From positions 31,825,967 to 31,889,966 of the forward strand of contig CM120640.1 in the NCBI GenBank assembly GCA_051362555.1: a stretch of 64,000 nucleotides of DNA, in the 5' to 3' direction. The DNA comes from Lingula anatina. Taxonomy: Eukaryota > Animalia > Brachiopoda. Below are positions 1 through 12,416 of the stretch, piece by piece. How positions within the stretch are numbered: the first letter of the stretch is position 1; each line of letters starts with the position of its first letter. The notes below the pieces were generated by a model. The model saw only the letters and a program-made list of their open reading frames with translations. It was not told where the DNA came from and did not search any database. Made by a program: the position numbers and the translations under genes.

Positions 1-660
1 AAAACAGTTCAATTTTAATCTAGTTAACTCATATTTTGTCCAATGATTGCTTCCCCAGTACCAACATACTATGAGATCTTAAGGCAATTTCATAAATGTT
101 AAATAAATGTCCATTCTGAAACAAGGACATGTCTGAAAGGACATATTTTAAACATGGTAAATCTGACATTGTCAAATAATATTTTATACAGCTATGAACT
201 GTAACAAAAGAAACTGGAAATAAGATATAATGGAGTAAAGAATACCTGGGATATATCTTAGAATCAATATTTAATAAAATAAAATTCCAGTAATGAATTA
301 CTAGTACAGAATAGACAAAACAAGTACAAAATGTAATAAAAAGACTTCAATTTTAATTCAGCTTCCACCTATTTTGCCCAGTTATTCCAAGACTTTACCT
401 AAAACTTATAAACTCAAATACTACAATATATTAAAACAATATCATACTTGTTAAAAAATGTCCTTTCCGAAACAGGGATGTTTCGGAAAGGACATTTATT
501 TTAACATGACACTGCAATTAGCACAAATGTCTGTGCAAAATAATATTTTACGCGATCATGAAGCATAACATAAAGAACTAATGCAAGGTAAAGTGAAGTA
601 CAGAAGTCCTCAGAATATCTCAGAATCAAAAACTTCATGGAGTCACATTTAATACTGAAA
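1..660. repeat. Degenerate ~350-bp tandem repeat (about 2 units)
   Basis: aatgtccattctgaaacaaggacatgtctgaaaggacat (~106) recurs as aatgtcctttccgaaacagggatgtttcggaaaggacat (~457), with similar flanks. Confidence 0.55.
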
Positions 661-710
661 CAGGAAAATCACAAAATATCATTGATTCCTCAAATTTTGG
701 ATATTTTCAT

Positions 711-742
<32 letters not shown>

Positions 743-1629
743 GCAAATACATAAAAGAGCAATACTCTCTGAGTAAAACTAGGTGTTTTTTGGAGATCAA
801 TACCTTAAATTATCATAAAAGTCACACACTTCAAGGTTTAGCTTATGAAAATTAAAAAAATGATTTTCAAAATTCAAATAATCATATCTTTATACATACA
901 CAAGGTTTTATCTCGGGATTGTCATTTCTAATCCCCTTCAGGTCTATACTTTCAAGAAAAGTACTTATTTCAACACAATAATGATTTCCATTTTTTACCC
1001 TTGGTGGGAAAAAAAAGGAGCCCAGGATTGTAAAAATGCCCATATTCAAAGACATTTCTCTGCCTATTCACTGACTGTGCTCATTTCTGTACTGGTGACA
1101 AGTTTTGCACAATCACATATCATCACCCAGATTGCTTTGATGAAAAGTAAACCACTACATGGTGCCTTTTATTTAGGTTAAAAGACAGCAGCAAACTAGT
1201 CCATGAATTTGTTCATGTTGCTTTGCAAGAAACCCCGCTGAGATAGATCAATCCTGCTAGTACAGTAGGGATATGGGAATGCAGTCATAGTCATGCCTCT
1301 CTTCTGATATTTCTAAAATTTTTGGATTTTAAAGCCTTTTTAATGAACTTTTGTATTTGATACATACATATCCTAAAATACAAAATGAAAAAATGATTGC
1401 TGCCAATAATCATATATTTGATTTGATTTTCTGAAAAATCCCATGGATTGTTATTTAAAAAACTATAAAAGCCATTACACAGATTTAATATCGATTATTA
1501 TTTTTCTAGCATTGGCAAATTCCTCTGGCTCGTAGATTTCGCTCCTTAAAGCTGTGGTTTGTTCTTAGGTTACTTGGTGTAAATGGACTACAAGAGTACA
1601 TCAGACAGGTTCCTTACATTCTATGTCAT

Positions 1630-2340
1630 TCCTTTTTATTATCTACAGACACAGATGTGCCTGTACATATAGCCATCACCTGCGTCTGTCGTCGCTGTCG
1701 CCACCGCCATTGCCGTGCACTTTTACCGATAACACGTAAAATGGAAAGTGTTTTTTCTTTCAGCTTGAAACTTACTGAATTGATGAATATTCATAATAAA
1801 CAGGTCAAGTTCGAAATTCAGCATGATCGGGCCATTTTTAGGGAAGTTATGCTGTATTTTTAACTTTTTTCAGCGATTATGCAGTGCCGATAACACGATA
1901 AGTGGAAAACCATTTTACCTTTTGGCTTGAAACTTACAAAACTGATTAATATTCATAATACGCAGGTCAAAGTTGAAAATCAGCATGATTGGGCAATTTC
2001 TTTGGAAATTATTCTTTTTTTTTTCAAATTTTTCAGCATTTTTATGACATGGATAATTAGATAAGTGTTTATTTTTTTTTCCTTTTGGATTGAAACTAAC
2101 AGAACTGATGAATATTCATAATATGAAGGTCAAGTTGGAAAATTGGCTTGATTAGACTATTTTTACAAAAGTTATCCTGTTTTTTCCCTTATTCAGCATA
2201 TGTGCAACACTGATAACACATTTTAAGGAAAACCAAGCAGCCTTTTGTCTTGCAACTCACAGGAGTGATTAGTCTAACTAGTACAGATCAAGTTTGAAAA
2301 TAAGCTTGATCAGCTAAGTTTTGATGAAGTTATTAGCCTT
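1630..2340. repeat. ~162-bp tandem core repeats (4 units), HINE/MITE-satellite-like
   Basis: ttgaaact(t/a)ac..aa.tgat.aatattcataata..caggtcaag at 1765, 1927, 2090 and 2250, preceded by a gtcgtcgctgtcgcc microsatellite-like stretch. This layout is typical of Helentron-associated elements in molluscs. Confidence 0.6.
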
Positions 2341-4167
2341 TTTGTATATAAGTGTTTTTTCTTTAGATTTAATTCTTAGGCATGTTGACAGTCTCATAAT
2401 GGAACTAATTAGTAAAAGTGTTGTTTTGACATTTTCTGCTTCTTAACAATATTGTTAGTTGATTGTATAAAATGACGGTAAAGAAAATTGATTATTTTGT
2501 TTTATGTAAAAAAAATGTGTTGAAAATGGAAAGAAAACCATTTCAGTACAGTTATCTCTTGTTTACATTTTGGCATTTTGAAAGTGTGGCTCTGAACTTC
2601 CATGGCCTTGAAGACCTTCCCATATCACATTTTCTGAATATCCATGATTCTTTTATTTTTTTATAAAAAAATTGATGGCCATTTTGCTGTTAAGTAATAT
2701 GTTATAGTGCATGAAAGTTGAAGGAAACCCTATTTTGGACACTGCTACCAGGATAGTGATTGAGGGAAAACCATGTTACTTATGATACTCAAACTTACTG
2801 AAAAGTTTCATAAGACTGAAGTGCAGCTTGTGTTGGAAAATCTTTGTGATTGTTTTCTGTTTTGGAAGAAATGAGGTTCTTTTGAGTGCTATATGGTGCA
2901 ATAAATGTATATGGATAGCGGGCAGTGTATTAATTCGGGATCATAAATTAATTTGCTTAATTAATTTTCAAGTTATTTTAGGGTTATAAAGTAATTTGCT
3001 TAATTAATTTTCAAGTGGCCATTAAATGAGATTATATAAAACACACGTTGAGATTTCATTGTAAAGTCCCCTGGGTTTATCTCTCTTAACTGTACGGTCA
3101 CATAATTAGGAATCGATGATTATTATGCAGGTAAATGTTAGTCATGTTAGTAATTACACAGCTAGATTAAAAGTTTGAATAGCAGCTTTATTGGAATTTT
3201 TTGTTATGTTTTATTTTACATTTTCTTTTAACTATTTTTCAAACACTAGCATCTTCAAGATATCACTTTCAACTCCCATCCACCAGAAGCACTGTGCATT
3301 TTCTGTTTTTCCACATTGGGAGTTGTGTTGGTTTTTATGTCTTTAAGCATTGTGTAATTATATTATTTTATTCACTGTCATCTTTTTTTCACATATTGGG
3401 ATTTTCATTGTGTGAATTTGAACTCTCACATATGGTCCTGAAACTGTAACCTTATAGACCATGTTATTCTGTTGTACATTTTGTGAATTTTTTTCTTTCA
3501 CATACTGGCAATATCGGTGTGGGACTTATAACTCCCAAGGGCATGTAACAGTTCACTTTTATTGATACTACCTATTGTGCAATATTTGCAACTTGACTTT
3601 GCAGTTAAAGGGATAATAACTGTTCTTTTTGGCAAATAATTAATTTTTTTCGAAAAAGTTTTTTTTGTTATAATCTCTTAAGAAATTATTACAAAGTATA
3701 GCCATCTATGGAGGTCACATGGTCTGATGACAAGTTCAGATATCAGAATAATAGCTATGGCTGCCCTTTTTGTGATAAAACATACTTCTGTGAGTTGTTT
3801 ACACTGTTTAAATGACCTAGCACAAATTACATATGTGTAAATACTGTAGCATACTTGGTATGGTCTACAATTTTTTCACTCACTTTGCTGTTCAACGCCT
3901 TTTTGTTTTATCTTCGCACACACACTAAAGTAAATAAAATTTTCATAGGTATGAAAATTACTTATTAAATTGATCCATTTCTAGATAAATCTGAGTTTAA
4001 AAGCAAACCGATCTAAACTTAGTTTATCTCATAATACAGTATGTTTTTAACATTAAGTTAATTGGTAATAAATTAAGTTTGGCCTTTAAAAGTTGATCAG
4101 TAAGTTAAACGGTCCTAAAAAAAATTAAATCGGCGGGTGCGAAAAAACCAACAACTGCGGCTGCCAA

Positions 4168-4206
4168 TTCCCGCCAAAACGTAAGAAACAAAACGCGGGA
4201 ATTCCC
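4168..4206 (+). promoter_or_regulatory. E2F-like site and palindromic kappaB site upstream of UBL-nuclease gene 1
   Basis: TTCCCGCCAAA at 4168-4178 and GGGAATTCCC at 4197-4206. TATAAAA at 4321. A donor AG|GTAAAC at 4416/4417, conserved in all three copies, is the likely end of a non-coding exon. Confidence 0.55.
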
Positions 4207-5562
4207 TTATCGATCTCTTGAACAAAGAAGCAGCTGTTCACACAAAGGAGCAAAAAGGAAAGTAAGGCTTACGTACTGCGTAGAGGCACTTTATTCCATT
4301 AAAAGGCTCCTTAACGAAGATATAAAACACAGACGACCTGCCGGTTGTGTCAAAATTGCAGGGGTTTATTGGTAGAACTCAGAAGATCTTAGAAGACAGG
4401 GGTTATCACTTCACAGGTAAACAATAATACTAGGACTTGGTTTAGAGCCCGTACGCACTTCTTTCTTGTATACAAATCACGGGCTAGGTTTTGGTGTAGG
4501 TGGTGCAATCGGAGTATACGCAGTAAGACATAAATGCAGTACATTGAAGTTAATGTTTCGTTGAAAAGTAAGGCACCTTTCCTCACCGGTACACGTGGGT
4601 CTTTGTGTTGTGATGCTCGAGTGTGTAGAACATTACACCATCTTTGACCTCATTCATGTGTGCCTGCAACCGGTGTCATTTCACATAAAGGACTGCATCG
4701 ACACAGCTGCAATGCGATAAATCAGACCTACTCCAGATGTTTTGAAAGTCTTATAATATTAGCCCCGATTTTACATTGACTGGTCCTGTGTTTATAAGCA
4801 CCACAGTCGGACGAACTAAATTTGAGGAAAAAATACAAGCAGTCGTTAAACATGTTCGTATTGAATATGAAAAATTAATGAGTACTATTAATATTTAGGC
4901 CTATGCAACTGCATGAAATTACAATCCTAGAGCTGAATATTTTATGTAAGGGCATACTGCAAGAGACACCGTACTATGATACAAAAAGACCCCACATCAG
5001 CCACTTTAATTTAAACAAACACACGCCATTAAACAATAACAAAGAAGGCACTAGCCTTTTTGTAGTCTTCGCAGTGTGAGGGCCGATGCGTTAGGTGTTA
5101 CACGGGCTTGCAACTGCCTACATAAGTAGAATATTTCACACGGGATTTCATTGAATGAATAAACTTGGCAAATGCAGTGTCATCTCCTTTGGTGCATCAT
5201 TAGATTTAGATTCCGTGACATTTCAAAGTTCAAGGGGTCAACAACCGTAGTGTCCGTAGAAAAGTCATGCTCGTCTTGATTTAGGGGGCGACACTTTCCA
5301 GCACTGACGCCACCGTTTTTTTTCTTCTTCTTTTCAACCTCAGAAATCCAGTGCAACGTCAGTAGGTCTAGATGTCGTAGATTATCAGATGAGATTCTAC
5401 ATGTATCTGCTATAAACGAGGTCTAGTAACAAAAGGATTTCAGACAAATTATTTTAATAAAAAGTGAGGACTCAGAATGCAAAGTTTTATTTGATAGCAC
5501 TGATTATCATTATGAATTTATTATGCTTGTTTTAAACTTTTTTTGTCGTTCCAGGCTAAGAG

Positions 5563-8554
5563 ATGAGCGAGAAAACTATCAAATGCAAAGATTTAACTAG
5601 GCCAGGCGAGGCAGTGTCCCTGCTATTGGCTGATGGAGCTACAGTCGGTGAGGTCAAATATCAAATCAAAACCCACACTGGCATTCCCCAAGGACAACAG
5701 ACATTATTTTACAGACAAAACGTAAATATGTTTGATATTACTATTAAGATTAATGTATTTTATATTAATGAAAAAATACTCATATAGCGCAGAAAAGTCG
5801 TCACAGTCGGGCAGTTGCCTACGTGGTCACTTTCCATCAATACATCACTCTTTTCCAGAATGCTATACGGTGTGCATGTAGCTTTGTTGTAATGATGTTG
5901 TAACAAATATTTTACTTACATTCGTTTATTCACAGTTTACTTAAAAGAGCAGATAACAGTATGCTCTATTAATTAATTTATTTAAATAATCTCACTTATA
6001 TATAAGTAACCATTCATTTTTACAATCTAGGTTCTAAGAGACGAAGACACACTGTGGGACTTGCGCATTCCAGACAATGCAACATTAAAATTGCTTCCGC
6101 GTGAAAGTATCAAAGTCAACGTCCAAACTAAACAAGGACGGGCTACATCCTTCCGGGTGAGATTGTCTGACACTGTGTCTTCCGTGAAAATTAGAATACA
6201 GCAGGAAGCAAATATATATCTCGGAGACCGGCATCTCTCGTATGCAGGAAGGAAGATGACTGACGACCTTGCATTGTCTGCTTATGGGCTCAAAAGCGGC
6301 TCAATCCTGACATTTGATGAAGAAAAAACAGAATGTTACTTAGAATTAGGTTAGATTTTCGTCTGTTTTAAGAATAATTTTTTTTTTAATTTTGCTTCAC
6401 CAAGTTCATTTTGTGATATCCATTAAAATAATATTCGATCAAGTCAAGTACAATCAAAGCTAAATAACAGAAAACTCATTATTTAAACTTCGTACCGTTC
6501 AATTTTGATGGTCACACTAACATTTATTCTCATCATCAGCTAACGGAAACCCAGGCGAGGACAGTGGTATTTTAGATTCATCTTCAGTGGAATCAGACAG
6601 ACAATACAGTGAGACAGGTAACAGAATCTTCTGCATCTAACAATGTTCTTCTTCGATCATTACGTAATATTTTTTTTAGAAATAAATACGAATATTCCTG
6701 TCGTAATTTGAAAACCTTCTTATATAATATGGATGTCCTTTACGTGGACAGTATTGATGAGAATTTCGATTGTATGAAAAATTATTATTATTATTATATC
6801 GTATTCAATTTCTAGTGACACAGTTGCAAAATGATCTCCAGCTAGTGCAAGACGAACTCCAGGCTGTTCAAAGCCAGTACCATGCCCTGAACGACAAAGT
6901 AGGCAAGCAGGGGTCATATATGGAAGGTGAACTGGCAGAACTGAGACAATCCGTCTCGTCTCAGTTTCAGGGAGTTTTGGATGGTGTGCAGGATGTGAAT
7001 GGGAACCAGGAGACCCTCAAGCTAGAATGCCTGTCTCTACGGGAGAAGCTTCAGGAGCAAGACATAACCGTAGCCTCTGCGACAAAGGAAATTCAAAACG
7101 CCAAGGATAAAGCAAAACGAACGCATAAATACATCAAGGAGAAAAATGCTGAAATCAAGAACGAATTTGAACAGAAAACCGCGTTCATCGAGAGGAATTT
7201 GAGTGAATCGTCGGGTCAAGTAGAAGAGGTGACGGCGCGTCTGGTTCAAGTGGAGGAAAACCTGTCGCATGTTAAAGAAGTACAAGAAGTCGAGATGGAG
7301 GAGAGGCTTAAACTACAAAAAGGACTTGAGGAATCGGAGAGTATCAGAAAGCAATTTATGCAGTCGTTTAAAGGTCACCAGACATTGGTGGACTGGGTAG
7401 ATAGTAAACTGAAGGGCATTTCCGAAATGTCCGATAAGAATTTGAAAGTTGAAATTAAATCAATGCGCCAAGACTTCTCAAAGAAAACGTCCGAACTCGA
7501 CCATACTGACGACGCCTTGGCGGAATCTCTGGTAAGACATAAACTGGAGTCGCAAGAAGGGGTTGATTTCGCAGATTGCTTTCAGTTGAAATACTGCAAA
7601 GATCTGAAAATGCTTTTTTTCAGAATTTGGTATACAACTACGTGTGTCACCGACGAAAGAAACAAGAAATTTAAGTCCCTGTTTTTGGCAAAATGTGTCA
7701 ATCCTATCTTCCTGGAATACGTGAGCCTACTCAAGGAATATACGCAACACGTTGTACAAAATACCTTCGAAGCAACAGTTGATCAGAAACAAGATTGTGT
7801 GAACTCTAATGATTTGAAAGTATTGGTGACATCACTTCAAAACATCTCTGAAGGCAAAGCCGTTGATAATAAAGTCGATGCGCATCTTGCTGTATGTCGT
7901 CTGCGCAAGACACTAGGAAGAAAAACAAAGCTCGGACAAAAGAATGGAAATGACATCAAAACACGGGAAGATTTATGCAAACGTCTCGAAGTCATTTTGA
8001 CGGACGTTTGTCCATTGGAAGAGGAAGAGTACTACAAATTTCATCAGCAGGGGGGAACCAAAAACGTCCGTCCATATGAAGAAAGTAAACCGACCATGTC
8101 ATGCTATGTTCATGCCCTTCTACATAAAGTCCTCGCGCGGCCCGATGCTCTACCTTTGGCTGTGAAAGCCCCCATGGAGCTGGAGGTGGACGTCTCTGGG
8201 AGAGTTCGGGAGGGGACAGAAGAACACGAAAGAATTTTCACTTGTGGAGAATTCAAGGCGAGGATCAAAGGAAATGGAGCCAAGGCAAAAGAACAGACAA
8301 CGAACTATGTGAAGATCGTAGCTTTTATTTGTAATTGTCTGAAGCTTCGCTTGGTGAAAGCCAAGTGTATGTTATATTATTTGTTTGGGAGAGAGGCCGT
8401 TACTGAAAAGCCTGTTCATGAACAATTATTGTATACTTTCGACCAAAAAAGTCGGCAGATTTGTTTTGTAGATGAGAGTGAGAACCATGAACGTGGGGAT
8501 GCAGTTGAGAAGCACGCTATTCGTGTGGTGTATGAAAAAATGAAAATGGAGTAA
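5563..8554 (+). CDS. Di-ubiquitin-like + coiled-coil + putative PD-(D/E)xK nuclease protein, copy 1 (764 aa, spliced)
   Basis: Exons 5563-5721, 6031-6349, 6540-6617 and 6816-8554; all introns GT-AG with phases 0/1/1 and an open frame. UBL1 (TVGEVK..I...TGIP..QQ.L|VLRDEDTLWDLRIPDNATLKL) and UBL2 (DTVSSVKIRIQQ...LSYAGRKMTDD..LSAYGLKSGSIL) match the ubiquitin pattern. About 240 aa of heptad-rich sequence follows, then ELEVD...GEFK...AKEQTTNY at 8177-8308. Confidence 0.85.
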
Positions 8555-10263
8555 CTTCTTGACCTGTGGCCTGTTGCTGGTTTTGCGTGGTTTCCTTAAT
8601 GTAGGGCATTTTAGTAAACCGGTAACAACTGCCGAATGTTTGCTATGTGTGTGTGTTTTTCAGATATTCTAAAGCTAATTCTTGTTCACATCAACCGCTT
8701 CTCATTATGAAACAAAATCTTTAATTAAAGTCTTTAATTTTTCTGTGGAATATGTTTTTGTCATTTTCATATATTTGAATATCATTTTTTTGTAAAAGAA
8801 CAATGTGAAAACATTCATGTTAATAAGTTATTTGGGTTATTGTTAGATTTTATATTTTTACATATTTACCAATTCATGTTTTTGAGTGTATCACTAAACT
8901 TGAAATAATCTTTTTATTTAAGAACATACTCCATTTCTCAGCGATTTTCATATAAAATAAAGGATCATTGACATGATTGTTGACACAAATCATTCTGTAA
9001 GCTGTTTTTATAGTCTGACACGCATTTATTTGCTGGACGTAAAATTATAACGAAGATGTCACTGATGGATCTTGACTAGTCAAACCATGTGGTAGATGAC
9101 TTGTTTCGAAAAGCATATTACGCCTTGTAGAAATAATGACAATACTTCCAACCTAAGAGAAAATCAAGGAATGTTTGTGGCCGTCTGGTTTCATAAAAAC
9201 AAATTGACTTATAAACTTCCCTTTTCAAACGAAGTCCTTAGCCAGCTGTAATCGTTTTCCCGTTGTTGCACCCTGGGACAACTGGAGGTGTGAACGCAGC
9301 TGATTCCTTACGTTCAACTACCGTGTACTTTGTAAGATTTTATCTCACGTTTGATTAGCTTTCATTTCTAAACGCCTTATTTCATCTTGGAATGTGTAAC
9401 CCCCAACTGGCCATGCTGAAACATTCTTCGGCTGTTCTTTTTTTTTTTAAAGCCACGTGGCACCTGGATATGGGTCTATGGAGACAAGCTTATAATAGGG
9501 GGATGAAATTTTAAAATTTGTAAATGTAATGTACAGATGAGGCTACTTGTTGCTCTTTAAATCTGATATTCTTGATGCTAAGGCCTTGCAATTTTAATTT
9601 TGAAATAAAAGAATAAAACATCTTATAAGCTGCTAAAAACTATATATATACATTAGCGTACAGCACCCAATTGATTAATCTGTCAGATTTTCATAGTCAT
9701 GTATAATGTCATGAATGTGTCAGTTGTAACAGAAACGGGATCTGAATCCGCTTTCAGCTAAACACTTAACCATGCCCGATTTATTAAATCTTCCCTCCTT
9801 CAAATGTTTTTGCTGATTAGACGACAGCGCTTTCAAAATATACCTGCTAAGAAATATTGCAAGACATCTCACAATTTTTAGAAAGTCAACAAAACGTCAG
9901 CCGCGTTTGAACCTAGATGTATGGTCATTCACATAGTGGTTACTCCAGAAACAACGGTCAGCTCTTATTAGCGTTAATTCTTTCTTATTATTTTTCAGGG
10001 TACATACATGCTTGCCTGTTATTTTTAACTAAATCAACTTTAGAAATTTATTAAGGTAGGGTAGATAAATTATTCGTGAGTACAGGAAAATTCTTTATTT
10101 CCCCAGAAAAATCCACCATTTTTGGGGGTAAACCCATGGAGTTACCTTTTTATTTTTAATAAATTTAAGTTTATCTTTAAGAAAAGTTAATCATGAAGTT
10201 AAACCGTTCTAAATAATTGAAATAGGCAGGTCAGAAAACTTAAAAACAGTTGCGGATGCCAAT

Positions 10264-10304
10264 TCCCGCCAAAACTTAAGAATAACAAAGTACTGGAAAT
10301 TCCC
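10264..10304 (+). promoter_or_regulatory. E2F-like and kappaB sites upstream of copy 2
   Basis: TTCCCGCCAAA, then GGAAATTCCC at 10295-10304 (reverse complement GGGAATTTCC). Paralogous donor AG|GTAAAC at 10574. Confidence 0.55.
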
Positions 10305-10897
10305 TTATCGAATTCTCGAATAAGAAGAACCAAGAAGTTATAAAGCGACTTTCTTGGAAGAACCTTCTGTTGACACAAAGATAGCAAGTAGTTTCACCAG
10401 ACCTAGGCCCCCTACTGCGTAGAGATACTTAGGCCACCCTATGTCATCAAAAGGCCCTCTAAGCAAGACACAGAAGACCTGTTTGTAGTGTCTACATTGC
10501 AGGAATGGATTTATTTGTAGAAGATTGAAAAAGTTTTGAAGAAGATTTTAGAAGACTGGGCCAAGTTTTTTAAGGTAAACAGTAATACTTGGACTTGGTT
10601 CAACGTGCGTTCACGCTATTTTCTCGGATGGAAATGGTGGCCTAGGTTTAGGCGCAGGTGATGCAATCGGAGTACATGCAATTATATATATATATATATA
10701 CTGAAGGTAATATTTGTATATATACTGAAGGTAATATTTGGTTGAAAAGTGAGGTACATTCCCTCACTTCTACTTATGGGTTCATGCGTTGTTCTGCTCG
10801 AGTGTGAATTGCTCTTGCTCTCTCTCTCTGACCCTGTATAACGCAATTTTGAAATGTAACTAGCGATAGCAGGCTAAATGAGCTGAGAATAGACTTA

Positions 10898-10900
<3 letters not shown>

Positions 10901-10950
<50 letters not shown>
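10901..10950. repeat. (AT)n microsatellite
   Basis: About 25 AT units seen directly. Confidence 0.9.
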
Positions 10951-10953
<3 letters not shown>

Positions 10954-12416
10954 TAAGTCTATTATGAGCTGCTCTATATATATCGTATGGTTTGATTTAT
11001 CTGTTATTTGATGATATTTATTGGGCTTCTCCATAGAAAATTAATGGGAAGCACTTGCACTGATTGACAAAAGGCAAATTCAGCTGAATCTCTCCCCAGG
11101 TGAAGAAAAATGCTAGATAGGTATGACGAAAACGTCCTGTGTGGCAAAATATACCATGGCCCAAAGGAGCTTATACGTGCGTCTTTTAGAAGCCCCTGTT
11201 AATGTTCAAAGTGCGAAAACGACATGCACCGTGTCCATTTCGTATGTTATTAAGCCCTATAGCAGCGGAATTGACAAGACCCATGTAGCATACTCTTTTA
11301 CTACAGAGCTTTTAGCCCCGAAAATGACATGGCTGTGTTTGTTTTGCCATTTACCGACCCCCCCCCCCCCCCCACTTCAAATAATCCTAGCTTCGCCTCT
11401 GCTTGGACCAGTTGATACTCGAATTTTGATTGACTCCTATGAGGAAAGACGATAGATGATAGTGGAAAAATAAAATACTTATTTCTCGCAATTTAAAAGC
11501 GTGCTACTGAACGTGATTAGAAATGTTATCTGATAAACGAACTTATAAATGTTACGCTTGTCAGGTGTTTTAGCGGCTGTTATAATCAAAAGTTTGACCT
11601 TGGGGCGTTTATGGCCACTTAAACAGCTTTCTATTTTGAGGCGAGCTAGCAATCGGTATGGGACATTACTTTATTCCTGAACAAGATTGGAAATTGGCAT
11701 AGTTGACCTCAAGTACTGGAGTATATAAGCTTCACTCTCGTGTCGTCATTTAATGTTTTACCGTGAAGTAATGAGCCCCTAATTACAGATTTAGATTGAA
11801 CAAAGGCAGTATTTTGCTTTATCAACGATAAATTCTGAACTAAGGCTTTTCAGATAAATCGCTGACAGGATTTTGAAGTACTAACTGGTGTCATTATATC
11901 GGTGATGAAACGTTGATTGTGGGTGATCAGGCAAAAGAGAAATTTGATAAGTCGATTTTTCAGTTTTTACTCCAAAATTGCAATTAAGACGTCACCCGTA
12001 AGTTGACAAACGTATAAATGTTAGTTAATTTAGTCATTGAACTCTGAAGCTTTATCTTTTACCCAAAAGAATGTATGTAAGGCAGTAAATAGGGAGTTTT
12101 GTGCGAAGGGTGACAAAATCCTTAATCTGTGCCTGCAGCCGGTGTCATTTCACACAAATCACTGAATCGAGTAAAAGTGCGACTAAACATGGAACTGCCT
12201 CCAAAAAAAGGGTAAGAGAAGGCCTACTTCAGATGCGTTTTTATAAAATTAATAAATGTGGTAAAGGCAGTGTTTTCTTCTTTGGTGCACCATTAGATTT
12301 AAATTCCATGACAGTTCAAGGGAGCCAACCACCGTAGGGTAGTTATGATTGTCTCGATCTAGCAGGCGGCACTTTCCGGCACTGACGCCAGCGGCTTTTT
12401 TTTTCAAATAAAGTTA

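Noticed and set aside
5563-6354. Polyubiquitin, ISG15 or NEDD8 gene
   Set aside because: Too divergent, no C-terminal di-glycine, and spliced in frame to downstream exons.
6770-6815. ORF-track N-termini of the long ORFs (MYEKLLLL..., also 28018-28069)
   Set aside because: Intronic read-through upstream of the ttctag acceptors; not conserved in copy 2.
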